From assembly GCF_001194135.2 (NCBI RefSeq), contig NC_068984.1:81971949-82035948 (forward strand): 64,000 nucleotides of DNA, read 5' to 3'. Under the pieces are notes generated by a model that saw only the letters and a list, made by a program, of their open reading frames with translations, did no database searches and had not been told where the DNA came from. The position numbers and the translations under genes are program-made. The stretch's first letter is position 1. Every line of letters starts with the position of its first letter. Of this stretch, positions 53,301-60,900 are shown piece by piece. Source of the stretch: Octopus bimaculoides. Lineage: Eukaryota.

Positions 53301-55681
53301 GAAGGAAGAGGCATCTCAATATCCAGTTTGTAGTTTGACTCCATGGAGTGTCCTGAAGAGACTATGTATATTAGCATGAATAAGTAACTCATACAATTAC
53401 ACATTACCATGATTTCACAAAGATAACCCAAATTAATATTTATTATCTTAAGTAATGCAGATTGTACTTATCTACTCAGATAATCAGCACAAAACCATGC
53501 TGTGGATTTCATATCCTTATTACTTTACACACACACACATAATTACATTCACAGGTATGACTGTGTGGTTAAGACGTTTGCTTGTGAACCAGATGATTTG
53601 AGGTTCAGTCCCACTATGCAGCACGTTGAACGAGTATCTTCTTCTACCACAGCTCTGAGCAAACCAAAGGCTTGTGAGTGGATTTGGTAGGCAGAAACTG
53701 GAAGAAACCTGAATGTGTGTGTGTGTGTGTCTGTGGCTGTTTCTCTTGGTCTTGACATTGTACAGTATCTATAAACAAGCATCACCAACATACAAACAAT
53801 GTCATTTGTTTCCAGTCTTTTGTGAAAACATGTCCAGCTGCAGAGAAATATTACCTTGCTTGGAAACAGGTGAGGGTTAACAGGAAGGGCTTCAGGTCAT
53901 AGGAAACCTACCTCAATAAATTCCATCTAACCCTTGTACACATGGAAAAGTAGACATTAAAATGATGATGATGAAATTCACTTATGCATATACTCTTTTA
54001 CTTGTTTCAGCCATTTGACTGTGGCCATGCTGGAGTACCACCTTTAGTCGAGCAAATCGACCCCAGGACTTATTCTTTGGAAGCCTAGTACTTATTCTAT
54101 CGGTCTCTTTTTGCCGAACCGCTAAGTTACGGGGACGTAAACACACCAGCACCAGTTGTCAAGCGATGTTGGGGGGACAAATACAGACACACAAACATAT
54201 ACACACACATACATATATATATATATATTATTATAAAATCTGGTAATTAGTCATATATTAATTAATATCGATTAATTATCAGGAGGCCAGCACATGTAAA
54301 GAATCAAAGAGATTCAGAAATATTATCTGCAATCNNNNNNNNNNNNNNNNNNNNNNNNNNNNNNNNNNNNNNNNNNNNNNNNNNNNNNNNNNNNNNNNNN
54401 NNNNNNNNNNNNNNNNNNNNNNNNNNNNNNNNNNNNNNNNNNNNNNNNNNNNNNNNNNNNNNNNNNNNNNNNNNNNNNNNNNNNNNNNNNNNNNNNNNNN
54501 NNNNNNNNNNNNNNNNNNNNNNNNNNNNNNNNNNNNNNNNNNNNNNNNNNNNNNNNNNNNNNNNNNNNNNNNNNNNNNNNNNNNNNNNNNNNNNNNNNNN
54601 NNNNNNNNNNNNNNNNNNNNNNNNNNNNNNNNNNNNNNNNNNNNNNNNNNNNNNNNNNNNNNNNNNNNNNNNNNNNNNNNNNNNNNNNNNNNNNNNNNNN
54701 NNNNNNNNNNNNNNNNNNNNNNNNNNNNNNNNNNNNNNNNNNNNNNNNNNNNNNNNNNNNNNNNNNNNNNNNNNNNNNNNNNNNNNNNNNNNNNNNNNNN
54801 NNNNNNNNNNNNNNNNNNNNNNNNNNNNNNNNNNNNNNNNNNNNNNNNNNNNNNNNNNNNNNNNNNNNNNNNNNNNNNNNNNNNNNNNNNNNNNNNNNNN
54901 NNNNNNNNNNNNNNNNNNNNNNNNNNNNNNNNNNNNNNNNNNNNNNNNNNNNNNNNNNNNNNNNNNNNNNNNNNNNNNNNNNNNNNNNNNNNNNNNNNNN
55001 NNNNNNNNNNNNNNNNNNAAATAACGTCGACCACTAACGTGGACAATTAATGCGCTAGAAATAGATCACATCTTGTGTCTATTAAGACGTAAAATGTTCT
55101 CAACATGAAATATAGCAGCATACCAAAAACGTGAGCGGTCAAGACATTTAAAATCACCTAAAAAAGCATTATTAAACAGGAACTAGTTTCGGATTTAACA
55201 AATTCTTACCATTTGTCTATTCAACGAGCTTCTTTCAGTTTCCGTCTACCAAATCCACTCACAAGGCTTTGGTCGGCCCGAGGCTATAGTAGAAGACACT
55301 TGCCCAAGATGCCACGCAGTGGGACTGAACCCGGAACCATGTGGTTGGTAAGCAAGCTACTTACCACACAGCCACTCCTACGCCTATCTGTATATATATT
55401 TGTACATGTAAATTTTCAATTTTTTTTTTTTCCTATTTCAGATGTGGATTGGCACCAAAGAAGGAACAATACATGTGTATAACAAGCAAACATACCAGAA
55501 TGTTGTTGTTTTGGAAGGTCATGTGGATGCAGTGTATTGCTTGTTGTCTGTTGAGGACCGATATATAATTAGTGGTTCTGGCAACAAAGACAGTAAAATT
55601 GCTATTTGGAGTGTAGGAAAACTGAACTTTTTACTTAGTCGAATTTCTTCTCAGAACCAGGTTCCAGATACATTACTCTGA
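4728..55681 (+). CDS. DENND3: DENN domain-containing protein 3-like Rab GEF, 25 coding exons, about 1254 aa
   Basis: Manual exon chaining: every intron is GT-AG, phases match throughout, summed CDS is 3765 nt ending in TGA. Motifs: IEMMLLVG, HFCFPDG, HYLVLTNYTGERSYATCLTFFR (uDENN); LTERQIVF, HAYVPIVP, LLDAPVPFIMG (cDENN); FVELMVNLF, FYTEVFETTLFKQFI (dDENN); GMGYLVLTNRRLLF (PH/GRAM-like); WD40-type repeats ending GHVDAVYCL...SGSG..DSKIAIW. DENN plus C-terminal WD40 is the DENND3 architecture (established knowledge); orthology was not tested. Confidence 0.85.
5175..5777 (+). mobile_element. RTE LINE 3' end (ORF C-terminus plus 3'UTR), decayed
   Basis: Degenerate LREKLGIR...RLHWFGHV...WDEV peptide; 3'UTR matches the copies at 31.2 and 36.9 kb. 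Confidence 0.8.
6038..6265 (-). mobile_element. tRNA-derived SINE family B, full length
   Basis: Reverse complement of 28907-29134; flanked by a direct repeat gccactttacaaagtgt (6021-6037 and 6263-6279). Confidence 0.9.
7591..7882 (+). CDS. DENND3: Coding exon 2 (VYPQKG...IAHFCFP)
   Basis: tttcag acceptor, gtaagt donor, phase 0 to 1; uDENN FCFP motif. Confidence 0.9.
9400..9798 (-). mobile_element. Ty3/Gypsy-like pol remnant (RNase H region)
   Basis: Hand translation VAWLRKKDDYNYINVAELDAMLKGMNLVLRWGFQTVEIQTNSTMVLGW, then a frameshift to RIHTKGATEMVIK; fits the W...HIN.AEL.A...G.N / TDS..V..W RNase H pattern. Confidence 0.7.
9845..10075 (-). mobile_element. tRNA-derived SINE family C (CORE-like middle)
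   Basis: Head ggaggcacataacttagtggttagg, B-box GGTTTCGATTCC, then ttgagcaaaacactt...aaaatgagta; sister copy at 58408-58557 (+). Confidence 0.8.
10204..10331 (+). CDS. DENND3: Coding exon 3 (DGSKVYKK...SYATCLTFFREYQAVL)
   Basis: tttaag acceptor, gtaagt donor, phase 1 to 0; completes FCFP-DG. Confidence 0.9.
10988..11287 (-). mobile_element. tRNA-derived SINE family D1 with perfect 15-bp TSD
   Basis: actgctaacttaagt at 10973-10987 and 11288-11302; tRNA-like head aatggcccagtggttagggcagcggac. Confidence 0.9.
13035..13222 (+). CDS. DENND3: Coding exon 4 (STDGSV...YIPQCCTLISKQPYFTVMKECLS)
   Basis: ttgtag acceptor, gttagt donor, phase 0 to 2. Confidence 0.88.
13234..13300. repeat. (ATT)n microsatellite just after the exon 4 donor
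   Basis: About 22 units; source of the poly-Ile ORFs in the track. Confidence 0.95.
13430..15195 (+). mobile_element. Penelope-like element 3' part: linker, GIY-YIG endonuclease, 3' region/pLTR
   Basis: CNCR motif (~13863-13876), a frameshift, then VVYKCTV..YIYVGCT..LKQRLYNHFSSF..STSL..IWELK..CGLCSMEI..LINNRSD. 14900-15195 matches 56830-57147 in reverse complement. Confidence 0.88.
15073..15160 (+). ncRNA. Minimal type I hammerhead ribozyme motif
   Basis: GCAG-CTGAGGA-GTAC-(53 nt)-GTAC-GAAA-C-ATAC-GTA-CTGC: stem I GCAG/CTGC, stem II GTAC/GTAC, intact core, GUA triplet. Activity is untested. Confidence 0.7.
15933..16047 (+). CDS. DENND3: Coding exon 5 (LIDRVE...LTPIPPVGPLSV)
   Basis: ttttag acceptor, gtaatt donor, phase 2 to 0; PIPP motif of cDENN. 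Confidence 0.88.
17243..17440 (+). CDS. DENND3: Coding exon 6 (SLCLFGH...ILTERQIVFASSSFGLLTIITE)
   Basis: tgttag acceptor, gtagga donor, 66 codons. Confidence 0.9.
18388..18607. mobile_element. piggyBac-like MITE
   Basis: TTAA at 18384 and 18608; TIR ccctttagtgttta / tgaatgctaaaggg; related copies at ~52993-53218 and ~27263-27886. Confidence 0.8.
18842..18982 (+). CDS. DENND3: Coding exon 7 (TFCSFIHPFFWEHAYVP...DAPVPFIMGCH)
   Basis: ttacag acceptor, gtaagt donor, 47 codons; core cDENN motif. Confidence 0.92.
19800..20510 (-). mobile_element. Internally deleted RTE LINE (start of endonuclease joined to RT)
   Basis: LRVGTLNMGTLKGRSGEIVEML fused in frame to GIKLLDQ...QFGFIPGKSTTDAIF...GVHQGSVLNPLLF; a stop precedes LLYADD. 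Confidence 0.92.
21330..21600 (+). mobile_element. Second Penelope-like GIY-YIG remnant (different subtype)
   Basis: Broken frames give VVVYSKCSASYIGSITKKLHS...VYKHF and IKEAILIYKLKPILS. Confidence 0.7.
21856..22010 (+). CDS. DENND3: Coding exon 8 (ITDLIVVNIDEG...FDLIEAV)
   Basis: cttcag acceptor, gtaagt donor, phase 0 to 2. Confidence 0.9.
23213..23323 (+). CDS. DENND3: Coding exon 9 (PTSFSH...QIQHSFVELMVNLF)
   Basis: ttgcag acceptor, gtagat donor, phase 2 to 2. Confidence 0.88.
24445..24529 (+). CDS. DENND3: Coding exon 10 (NVVSEPKYF...PFYTE)
   Basis: tcacag acceptor, gtaatt donor, phase 2 to 0. Confidence 0.85.
24683..25062 (-). mobile_element. SINE family A, full length (repeated identically at 25375-25754)
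   Basis: Reverse complement of the 2061-2437 family. Confidence 0.9.
25891..26021 (+). CDS. DENND3: Coding exon 11 (VFETTLFKQFI...RQASFLPEEL)
   Basis: tttcag acceptor, gtaatt donor, phase 0 to 2; end of dDENN. Confidence 0.88.
26157..26552 (+). mobile_element. SINE family A, older diverged copy
   Basis: Same head, microsatellite and body layout; another such copy at ~28027-28510. Confidence 0.8.
27263..27886. mobile_element. piggyBac-like MITE interrupted by a family D2 SINE (~27298-27682, minus strand)
   Basis: ttaaccctttcgcat...atgctaatgggttag ends; the SINE is flanked by ctctgtcaa(a/c)tgt repeats and ends in an (AAC)n tail. Confidence 0.8.
28907..29134 (+). mobile_element. SINE family B, full length
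   Basis: gcgagctggcagaaacgttagc...GAGTTCAAATTCC; agaaatagc direct repeat on both flanks; 5'-truncated copy at 44181-44347 (-). Confidence 0.9.
29382..29538 (+). CDS. DENND3: Coding exon 12 (LRKNHASS...CTKELQ)
   Basis: tttcag acceptor, gtaagt donor, phase 2 to 0. Confidence 0.85.
29844..30115. mobile_element. piggyBac-like MITE, second family, 272 bp
   Basis: TTAA TSD at 29840 and 30116; TIR cccataaactgc / gcagttaatggg with 1 mismatch. Confidence 0.8.
30439..30578 (+). CDS. DENND3: Coding exon 13 (EERHFSERASLIYLRSMF...)
   Basis: ttgcag acceptor, gttagt donor, phase 0 to 2. Confidence 0.85.
30794..31220. repeat. Degenerate AT-rich minisatellite (TTAATTAAGCAAGCAAC-type units)
   Basis: Irregular repetition of ttaattaa, gcaa and ctaa modules. 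Confidence 0.9.
31224..31775 (-). mobile_element. RTE LINE 3' end with (GAT)n tail
   Basis: EGTCGRGRPRKTWDEVVRHDLRTLGLT...RQAK stop, then 3'UTR and tail; the same 3'UTR occurs at 36908-37167 (+). Confidence 0.92.
31775..32335. repeat. Diverged tandem array, ~225-235 bp unit, ~2.5 copies
   Basis: cagataa..gcacttatttt recurs at ~31776, ~32009 and ~32229. Confidence 0.85.
32790..33493 (+). mobile_element. Helitron remnant: PIF1-like helicase C-terminus plus 3' terminus
   Basis: YPVEFLNSLEP..LELKKGAVITLLRNL..RLCNGTR..ILTG, then TINKS..QTL..CFLHG*LYVGCSR; GC hairpin followed by CTAG|T at 33490-33494. Confidence 0.9.
34275..35785 (-). mobile_element. Decayed Tc1/mariner (DD37D/maT-like) transposase element
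   Basis: Minus-strand translation: PGKSIRTIVKDLKVS; WFFFNEKN..NDRW; KFPATVMILG..VMPPYFF; YIEVLEKVV..VFQQDSAPSH..SPDLNPL. Contains stops, a deletion and a nested insertion. Confidence 0.85.
34745..35147. mobile_element. hAT-like MITE nested in the mariner element
   Basis: Termini cacaggttcccaa / ttgggatactgtg; it splits the transposase between MPP and YIEVL. No TSD is visible. Confidence 0.6.
36406..36569 (+). CDS. DENND3: Coding exon 14 (LIKEVSRKIP...NHDI)
   Basis: tcttag acceptor, gtaata donor, phase 2 to 1. Confidence 0.78.
37628..38203. repeat. Long inverted repeat (243-bp arms, 90-bp spacer), probably Penelope pLTR-derived
   Basis: 37628-37870 pairs with 37961-38203 without indels, about 16 mismatches by my count; carries a CTGAAGA...CGAAA motif. 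Confidence 0.9.
38808..38912 (+). CDS. DENND3: Coding exon 15 (LGEFLQLLHILD...LEKQT)
   Basis: tggcag acceptor, gtaagt donor, phase 1 to 1. Confidence 0.85.
39034..39208 (+). CDS. DENND3: Coding exon 16 (VSPKSL...GMGYLVLTNR)
   Basis: tgtcag acceptor, gtatgt donor, phase 1 to 2; start of PH/GRAM-like domain. Confidence 0.88.
40002..40132 (+). CDS. DENND3: Coding exon 17 (LLFIKLG...GLVIHYA)
   Basis: ttgcag acceptor, gtaaat donor, phase 2 to 1. Confidence 0.85.
40525..42897 (-). mobile_element. 5'-truncated RTE LINE interrupted by a DNA-transposon MITE
   Basis: RT fragments (NYRGIKLLDQV, GVHQGSVLSP, YVDDFA) through to the C-terminal KTQQAK; many frameshifts. Confidence 0.9.
40710..41564. mobile_element. 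Mutator-like MITE with 9-bp TSD (spans an N gap)
   Basis: gggtgtgac at 40701-40709 and 41565-41573; GGC...GCC termini. Confidence 0.75.
43631..43790 (+). CDS. DENND3: Coding exon 18 (EKSFSAWLKKERDIWYLMLSEVWAA...)
   Basis: gttcag acceptor, gtaata donor, phase 1 to 2. Confidence 0.87.
44859..45052 (+). CDS. DENND3: Coding exon 19 (CQHSLAV...KISPCQEE...LLYLSR)
   Basis: poly-T plus ccacag acceptor, gtaaat donor, phase 2 to 1. Confidence 0.87.
45532..45638 (+). CDS. DENND3: Coding exon 20 (SRAQLWCSLSGGTVRVFDA...)
   Basis: tttcag acceptor, gtaagt donor, phase 1 to 0; WD40-type blade. Confidence 0.88.
46290..48055 (+). mobile_element. RTE LINE, 5'-truncated, decayed
   Basis: WCSSTIVNCYK..NYRGIKLLDQ; LLYADDLAL; C-terminal PRKTWDEVVKHDL; followed by (ATT)n. 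Confidence 0.92.
48667..48812 (+). CDS. DENND3: Coding exon 21 (MCLYSPDNRNVWAGS...LEHNSRVVAI)
   Basis: ttctag acceptor, gttagt donor, phase 0 to 2. Confidence 0.85.
49100..49236 (+). CDS. DENND3: Coding exon 22 (LVFTASWNGMIFKWD...FLWC)
   Basis: tttcag acceptor, gtaagt donor, phase 2 to 1; WD motif. Confidence 0.9.
51373..51500 (+). CDS. DENND3: Coding exon 23 (CENKTLIL...ENDE)
   Basis: atccag acceptor, gtaaaa donor, phase 1 to 0. Confidence 0.85.
51863..52000 (+). CDS. DENND3: Coding exon 24 (MWIGYSSIGAVYVLD...AKDM)
   Basis: ttaaag acceptor, gtaagt donor, 46 codons. Confidence 0.87.
53993..55383 (-). mobile_element. SINE family A split by an insertion and gap (body 53993-54210, head 55224-55383)
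   Basis: The two halves have the same orientation and correct order; the intervening sequence begins in the central (TA)n. Confidence 0.7.
55442..55681 (+). CDS. DENND3: Terminal coding exon 25 (MWIGTKEG...GHVDAVYCLL...SKIAIWS...stop)
   Basis: tttcag acceptor, last WD40 blade, TGA at 55679-55681. Confidence 0.85.
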   Translation: MWIGTKEGTIHVYNKQTYQNVVVLEGHVDAVYCLLSVEDRYIISGSGNKDSKIAIWSVGKLNFLLSRISSQNQVPDTLL

Positions 55682-56026
55682 TTGGATTAACCAGTCTGCA
55701 ACTCCATCTTGACTTTTCATCAGAGACCAACCATGACTATTGACAGAGCTGACATAGAATGTACTAAACATTGGCCACAAGTTGGTATTTACTGGTTCGG
55801 GTACTAGCTGTGATCATGAATATAGCAAAATATTTGCTCGTTTCCTGGAGTAAAAAGTAATTCTAAAACATAAAGAAATAGCATGCTCTGCTCCAAACTT
55901 CATGGTTGAGTGAGGAGTGTTCGGAACAATACTCGGCTGTGAAAAACAAAAGTTGTTCCAACAAATAAGTTCCATCACTCATGCAAGTATGTGGAAATGG
56001 CTTTTAAAACAGTGGAAAAACTAAAT

Positions 56027-56081
<55 letters not shown>

Positions 56082-56220
56082 TAATTCAATANNNNNNNNN
56101 NNNNNNNNNNNNNNNNNNNNNNNNNNNNNNNNNNNNNNNNNNNNNNNNNNNNNNNNNNNNNNNNNNNNNNNNNNNNNNNNNNNNNNNGTGAAAAAAATCC
56201 ATCATTTATTCCCCAAAATA

Positions 56221-56391
56221 TATTTATTTATATAAGGGCATTACTATACATGAATGCCTCATGCTAAGAGGGACTCTAAGGTCAAACTACCATAATAAAC
56301 ACATTTTTACAGAACGTGAGGAAATGCAACTCTCAAAGCTAGCCCCTTAAAGGGGCATACATGTATAGTAATGCCCTTATATAAATAAATA
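56221..56391. repeat. Short foldback element with ~40-bp terminal inverted repeats
   Basis: 56221-56252 pairs perfectly with 56360-56391; pairing extends to 56260/56352 with 2 imperfect positions. Confidence 0.85.
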
Positions 56392-56405
56392 AATATATAT
56401 ATATA

Positions 56406-56823
56406 TATATATATATATTTCGTATGTGTATTTCGTGTGCAAGATTCTTGATGTGGATACGCGTGTTGAAAGAAATACAATTAAACCTTGGGAGAGGCAT
56501 TTTGCCGGTAATAAACACACGCACTGGTTCAGTCCTTTATTAATTTATATAGTTTTTTGTTAAATTATTTCATTGCACTCTTGCAATCTCTTCAGTAACT
56601 TGTCTCTCCACTTCCATTTGGAGAGACAAGTTACTGAAGAGATTGCAAGAGTGCAATGAAATAATTTAACAAAAAACTATATAAATTAATAAAGGACTGA
56701 ACCAGTGCGTGTGTTTATTACCGGCATAATGCCTCTCCCAAGGTTTAATTGTATTTCTTTCAACACACGTATCCACATCAAGAATCTTGCACACGAAATA
56801 CACATACGAAATATATATATATA
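56406..56823. repeat. Near-perfect palindrome, 205-bp arms, 8-nt loop
   Basis: Position p pairs with 113229-p; only 2 mismatches seen; loop cttccatt at 56611-56618. Confidence 0.95.
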
Positions 56824-56829
56824 CAGACA

Positions 56830-57147
56830 TATTTGAAGAAAAGCAACAAAAATTCAATAGTTTATAGCAGTACATACGTTTCGTACAAACTTCATTTATT
56901 TATGTAGTGAGAACACCACATAAGATGTGCAATGAAAATGTACTCCTGAGCTGCATAATGGAAGTTCAATTTTAGAAAGTCATTTTGTAGATGTGTGCAA
57001 AAACAAGAATAGGAGAAGAAGAAAATACCATCTTGACTGGGCTGTTAATCAACAGTCTAGTGAATCAAACATGAATTTAATTTCTATATATTCTAATTGG
57101 AGGGGCAAGACAGCAGTAATTTCAATTTAGAGGAAGGTAGATTAATA
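56830..57147 (-). mobile_element. Solo Penelope-like pLTR/3' fragment homologous to 14900-15195
   Basis: Colinear reverse-complement match; its hammerhead copy (56867-56954) has a CTCAGGA core mutation. Confidence 0.85.
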
Positions 57148-57517
57148 TAGCATTTGTATGTATGTACGTGTACATGTATGTATGCATGTATGTACGTATG
57201 TATGTATATATGTATATGTGTGTTTGTATCTCTTTATCTTGATATCATGTGGCTGTAAATGAATATCATTTATTTCCAGTATTCTGCAAAAACATGTCTG
57301 GCCATGGTGAATATATTACATTGCAACAGAAAGGGCATTCAGCAGTAGAAAATCTGCCTAAATAAATTCCAAGTGATTCATGCAAGCATAAAAAAGTGGG
57401 TGTTAAAATAATGATGATTACACCTTAATATATATATATATGTAAATATATATATATATATATATATATCTCATCATCATCATCATCATTTAACATCCAC
57501 CTTCCATGCTGGCATAT

Positions 57518-57570
<53 letters not shown>

Positions 57571-57656
57571 TATATACATAAATACATATACACATATATA
57601 TATATATATACATAAACATATATATAGACATATATATACACACACCATATATATAA

Positions 57657-57703
<47 letters not shown>

Positions 57704-57870
57704 GAAGAGCATAGGCTCAAATTATAAAAGATTTTTCTATTTTTCCCAAGCATCAAACTGATACACTTGCTTGTTGTTCCTACAGTTGTCTTCATCTTTG
57801 TTTTTTCTATAAATTTGAACTACATATACATTTATATATGCATAGATATGTAAATATATATACATATACC

Positions 57871-57902
<32 letters not shown>

Positions 57903-60900
57903 CACACACATATATGTATATATATACATCTCCCTTTTTTGTATCACGTAACTGTCTGGATGTTTTGCGTTCTTGTCCCATTTCGTATTTTTTTATATAT
58001 GATACATATAAATATACATATATCTGTTAGGATATATTTGGCTAGGAATATAAACTGCATAATCATCAGTACCATTTTCTATTTGTCTGTCAGTCTAAAT
58101 TTTCAAAAGCAATCCCATCATAATTGATCTTCATCATCACCATCATTATTGTTATCATCTTCATTATTCTCATTACCACGTCCATCATCTCTACCACTAT
58201 CATCTTCCTTTCCACTCCTAAAATCATTCTTATTTATCATCAACCCTACCATCATCATTATCATCACTATATTTTCATTTTTCACATTAGACAGATTTTC
58301 ATTCTTCTCTCTTTTCTAAAATAAAAAAATAAAAAATGTAATGTATTTTAAAAAGGATTAAAAAATGTATAAATGTTAATATTAAATAACATTGTTGTTA
58401 TTGTTTAACATGGAGGCATGTGGCTTAGTGGTTAGGATGTTGGACCCATGATCATAAGATTGTGGCTTTAATTCCTAAACTGGGCGATGCGTTGTGTTCT
58501 TGAGCAAAACACTTCATTTCATGTTGCTCCAGTTCACTCAGCTGGCACAAATGAAAGATCCTGCGACTCGGGAAGGAACTTTACTTTACCTTTACATTGT
58601 TTAACTCCAAGACAACCCAGAAATTTTTTAATTATTTGTTCTTAAAAAAGCAGGGCAATAATCATGGACTTTGCATGCCTTCCAAGAAATCAATGTGGTT
58701 GATTGTTCCTCTTGGATTTTTGAAAGTTGATAGCCACAGGAGAAAAAATATGTGCGGATAAAGAATTCTAGACAAATTATGTTCTGAGAGGAGGTACTGA
58801 GAAAGAGTGGTTAGTGTACGGCCAAATTGCATGGACACAGTATAGGTGATAAGAGAAGGGAGGAATAGTGAGTTTGCTGGATCTCAGTAAAGGTAGTATG
58901 AAATCAGCTTGGTCAAAATAAAGGTGGTATGAAATCAACTTGGTACAAGTAGCAGAGGTCACTAATAGCAAGTGGAAAAATCAAACTGTGAAGACAGCAT
59001 ATGTGAGCCAAAGGCTAGAATGTTGGTGAGCTAGAAAAAGCAAGATGAAGAGACAGCATGTCCGTGGGCTTAGAGTTTGGAGTGTGTTGGTGTTAGAACA
59101 TTGTATACTCCAAACCATATTACAGTAATAAAGTCAGGTGGATCACAAGGAACTTCTTCATTATTACACTGGAAAGTGTTTATCCAAGTTTTAATTGAAA
59201 AATGAAGATGTTCATGTATAGAAGTATTATTATTCGAAATACATTCGGCTTTTCTATGAATAATGTTTATTATTTAGACACAAGGACAATAGTTTATGAG
59301 GGGATGAGACAAGTTGCTTGACTGGTATTTTATTTTATTGATTCCAGGAGGAAGAAAGGAAAAGTCGATCTCAGCAGGATTTGTATACAATGAAAATATC
59401 AAAAAACTTTTGCCAATCTATCACCCTTTTAAAAGATCATTGCATCAAAAGAAATTTTTATTTAGGAACATATTTTTACAGGAAGAAAAGAAAGGAAAAA
59501 AATGACAAAAGATTAAATTATCAAGAGAAAAAAAAAACAATTACTTCAATAAAGAAACAAAGAAGAAAAGCAGTAAAAGATGGAGAGAAAGTAACAGGTT
59601 GTACACCCTAGTCCAAATGGTGTGTTCAGCTGCACCTTAAGGACATAATTGCAAAGGCATTGTTGCGGAGAATGGCCCGAGACACTCACTGCAACAATCA
59701 CCCCAGCTTGCAGGGCTCATTTCTCAGACAGGCCGCTGTTATCCTGATTTTGCAGAGGAAATCAGTAGTGCTGGATCTGAGAACACCGGTTATAAATAAC
59801 AGCCAATGAGGCTCCAGTATTTGTTTGAGCTTCCTCCTCTCTTCTGCATTACAGGCAATGATGCTGCAAAGCTGGGGGATGGAAAATCGGAACTTTGTGG
59901 GTTCCGTCACTGTTTACAATTTTGTTCCAATTGTTTTCAAATTTGGTATATGGATTAAGTTTTGTATACTAATTATGAAAATGAAATTCATTTTTCCTAT
60001 AAATTCTTGACTATATTTTCACTTCAACATCATTCACAAACAGGACACTTGATTTTCACACTTCTGTATTAAATATAATTAGGGAATCTGGACAAATAAG
60101 AACAAAATCAGTGACATGGAACAAATCAATATTATAAAATAACTTCAAAAATAAATTAGTTTACAAAATTCTTGTCTAGATTTGTTAAAAGATTCATAAC
60201 ATTTATAAAATATAAAGTGATATTTACTGATGTAGTTCACTGTCATTTTGTTTTTGTTACCATGGAAATGTCATTATGTCATCACATCACAAACTATTCA
60301 GCTATTAACTAAAGAATGTAGAGACTAGATGAGAGGACTATTTGTACCTTGTTTAAATCGACTGAAAATATTTGGTTGTCTTCATTCTACATTTTCTGTT
60401 TCAAATTCCCTGTATGGCACAGATAAGTATAAGATCATCATAAAAATGGAGCTCAATACCAGTCCTTAAAAACTGATTTTCACATCACCATTACAATCCT
60501 TAGTTTGTTAATCTAAAGCAGTTCTTCAAAGATTTGAATCCACATCATGTCTTAGTCTTCACAAAAGTTACGCAATCATTGTATTATTGTATTTAGTGAG
60601 GAAATATAGTTGGGTTTCACACATGTAAATATGGTGAGCTGAAAAACTTAGTGAACTTCAGTTTATTCACACAATTATTCATCTGCCAATATTTGTTTTG
60701 TTGCCATAGATATGTTTTGTTTATTACATCAGAAACAAAACATTTGATTCACAAAATTCCTTAACATGAAGAATTACATTCCAGAAACAGAGTAAAAAGC
60801 ATTATGTACACCAAATCATATTACATTCAAGGAACCTCTTAATTATTACATTGATGTATGTTTACCCAGGTTTAATTGTAAAAAACACAGGTGACCTACT

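Noticed and set aside
58780-59168. Possible solo LTR (TG...CA ends, AATAAA near the end, internal ~29-bp duplication)
   Set aside because: No matching 4-6 bp TSD and no second copy in the window.
59610-59910. GC-richer block with a 70-aa minus ORF; faint resemblance to a LINE C-terminus on the plus strand
   Set aside because: No convincing motif or splice sites.
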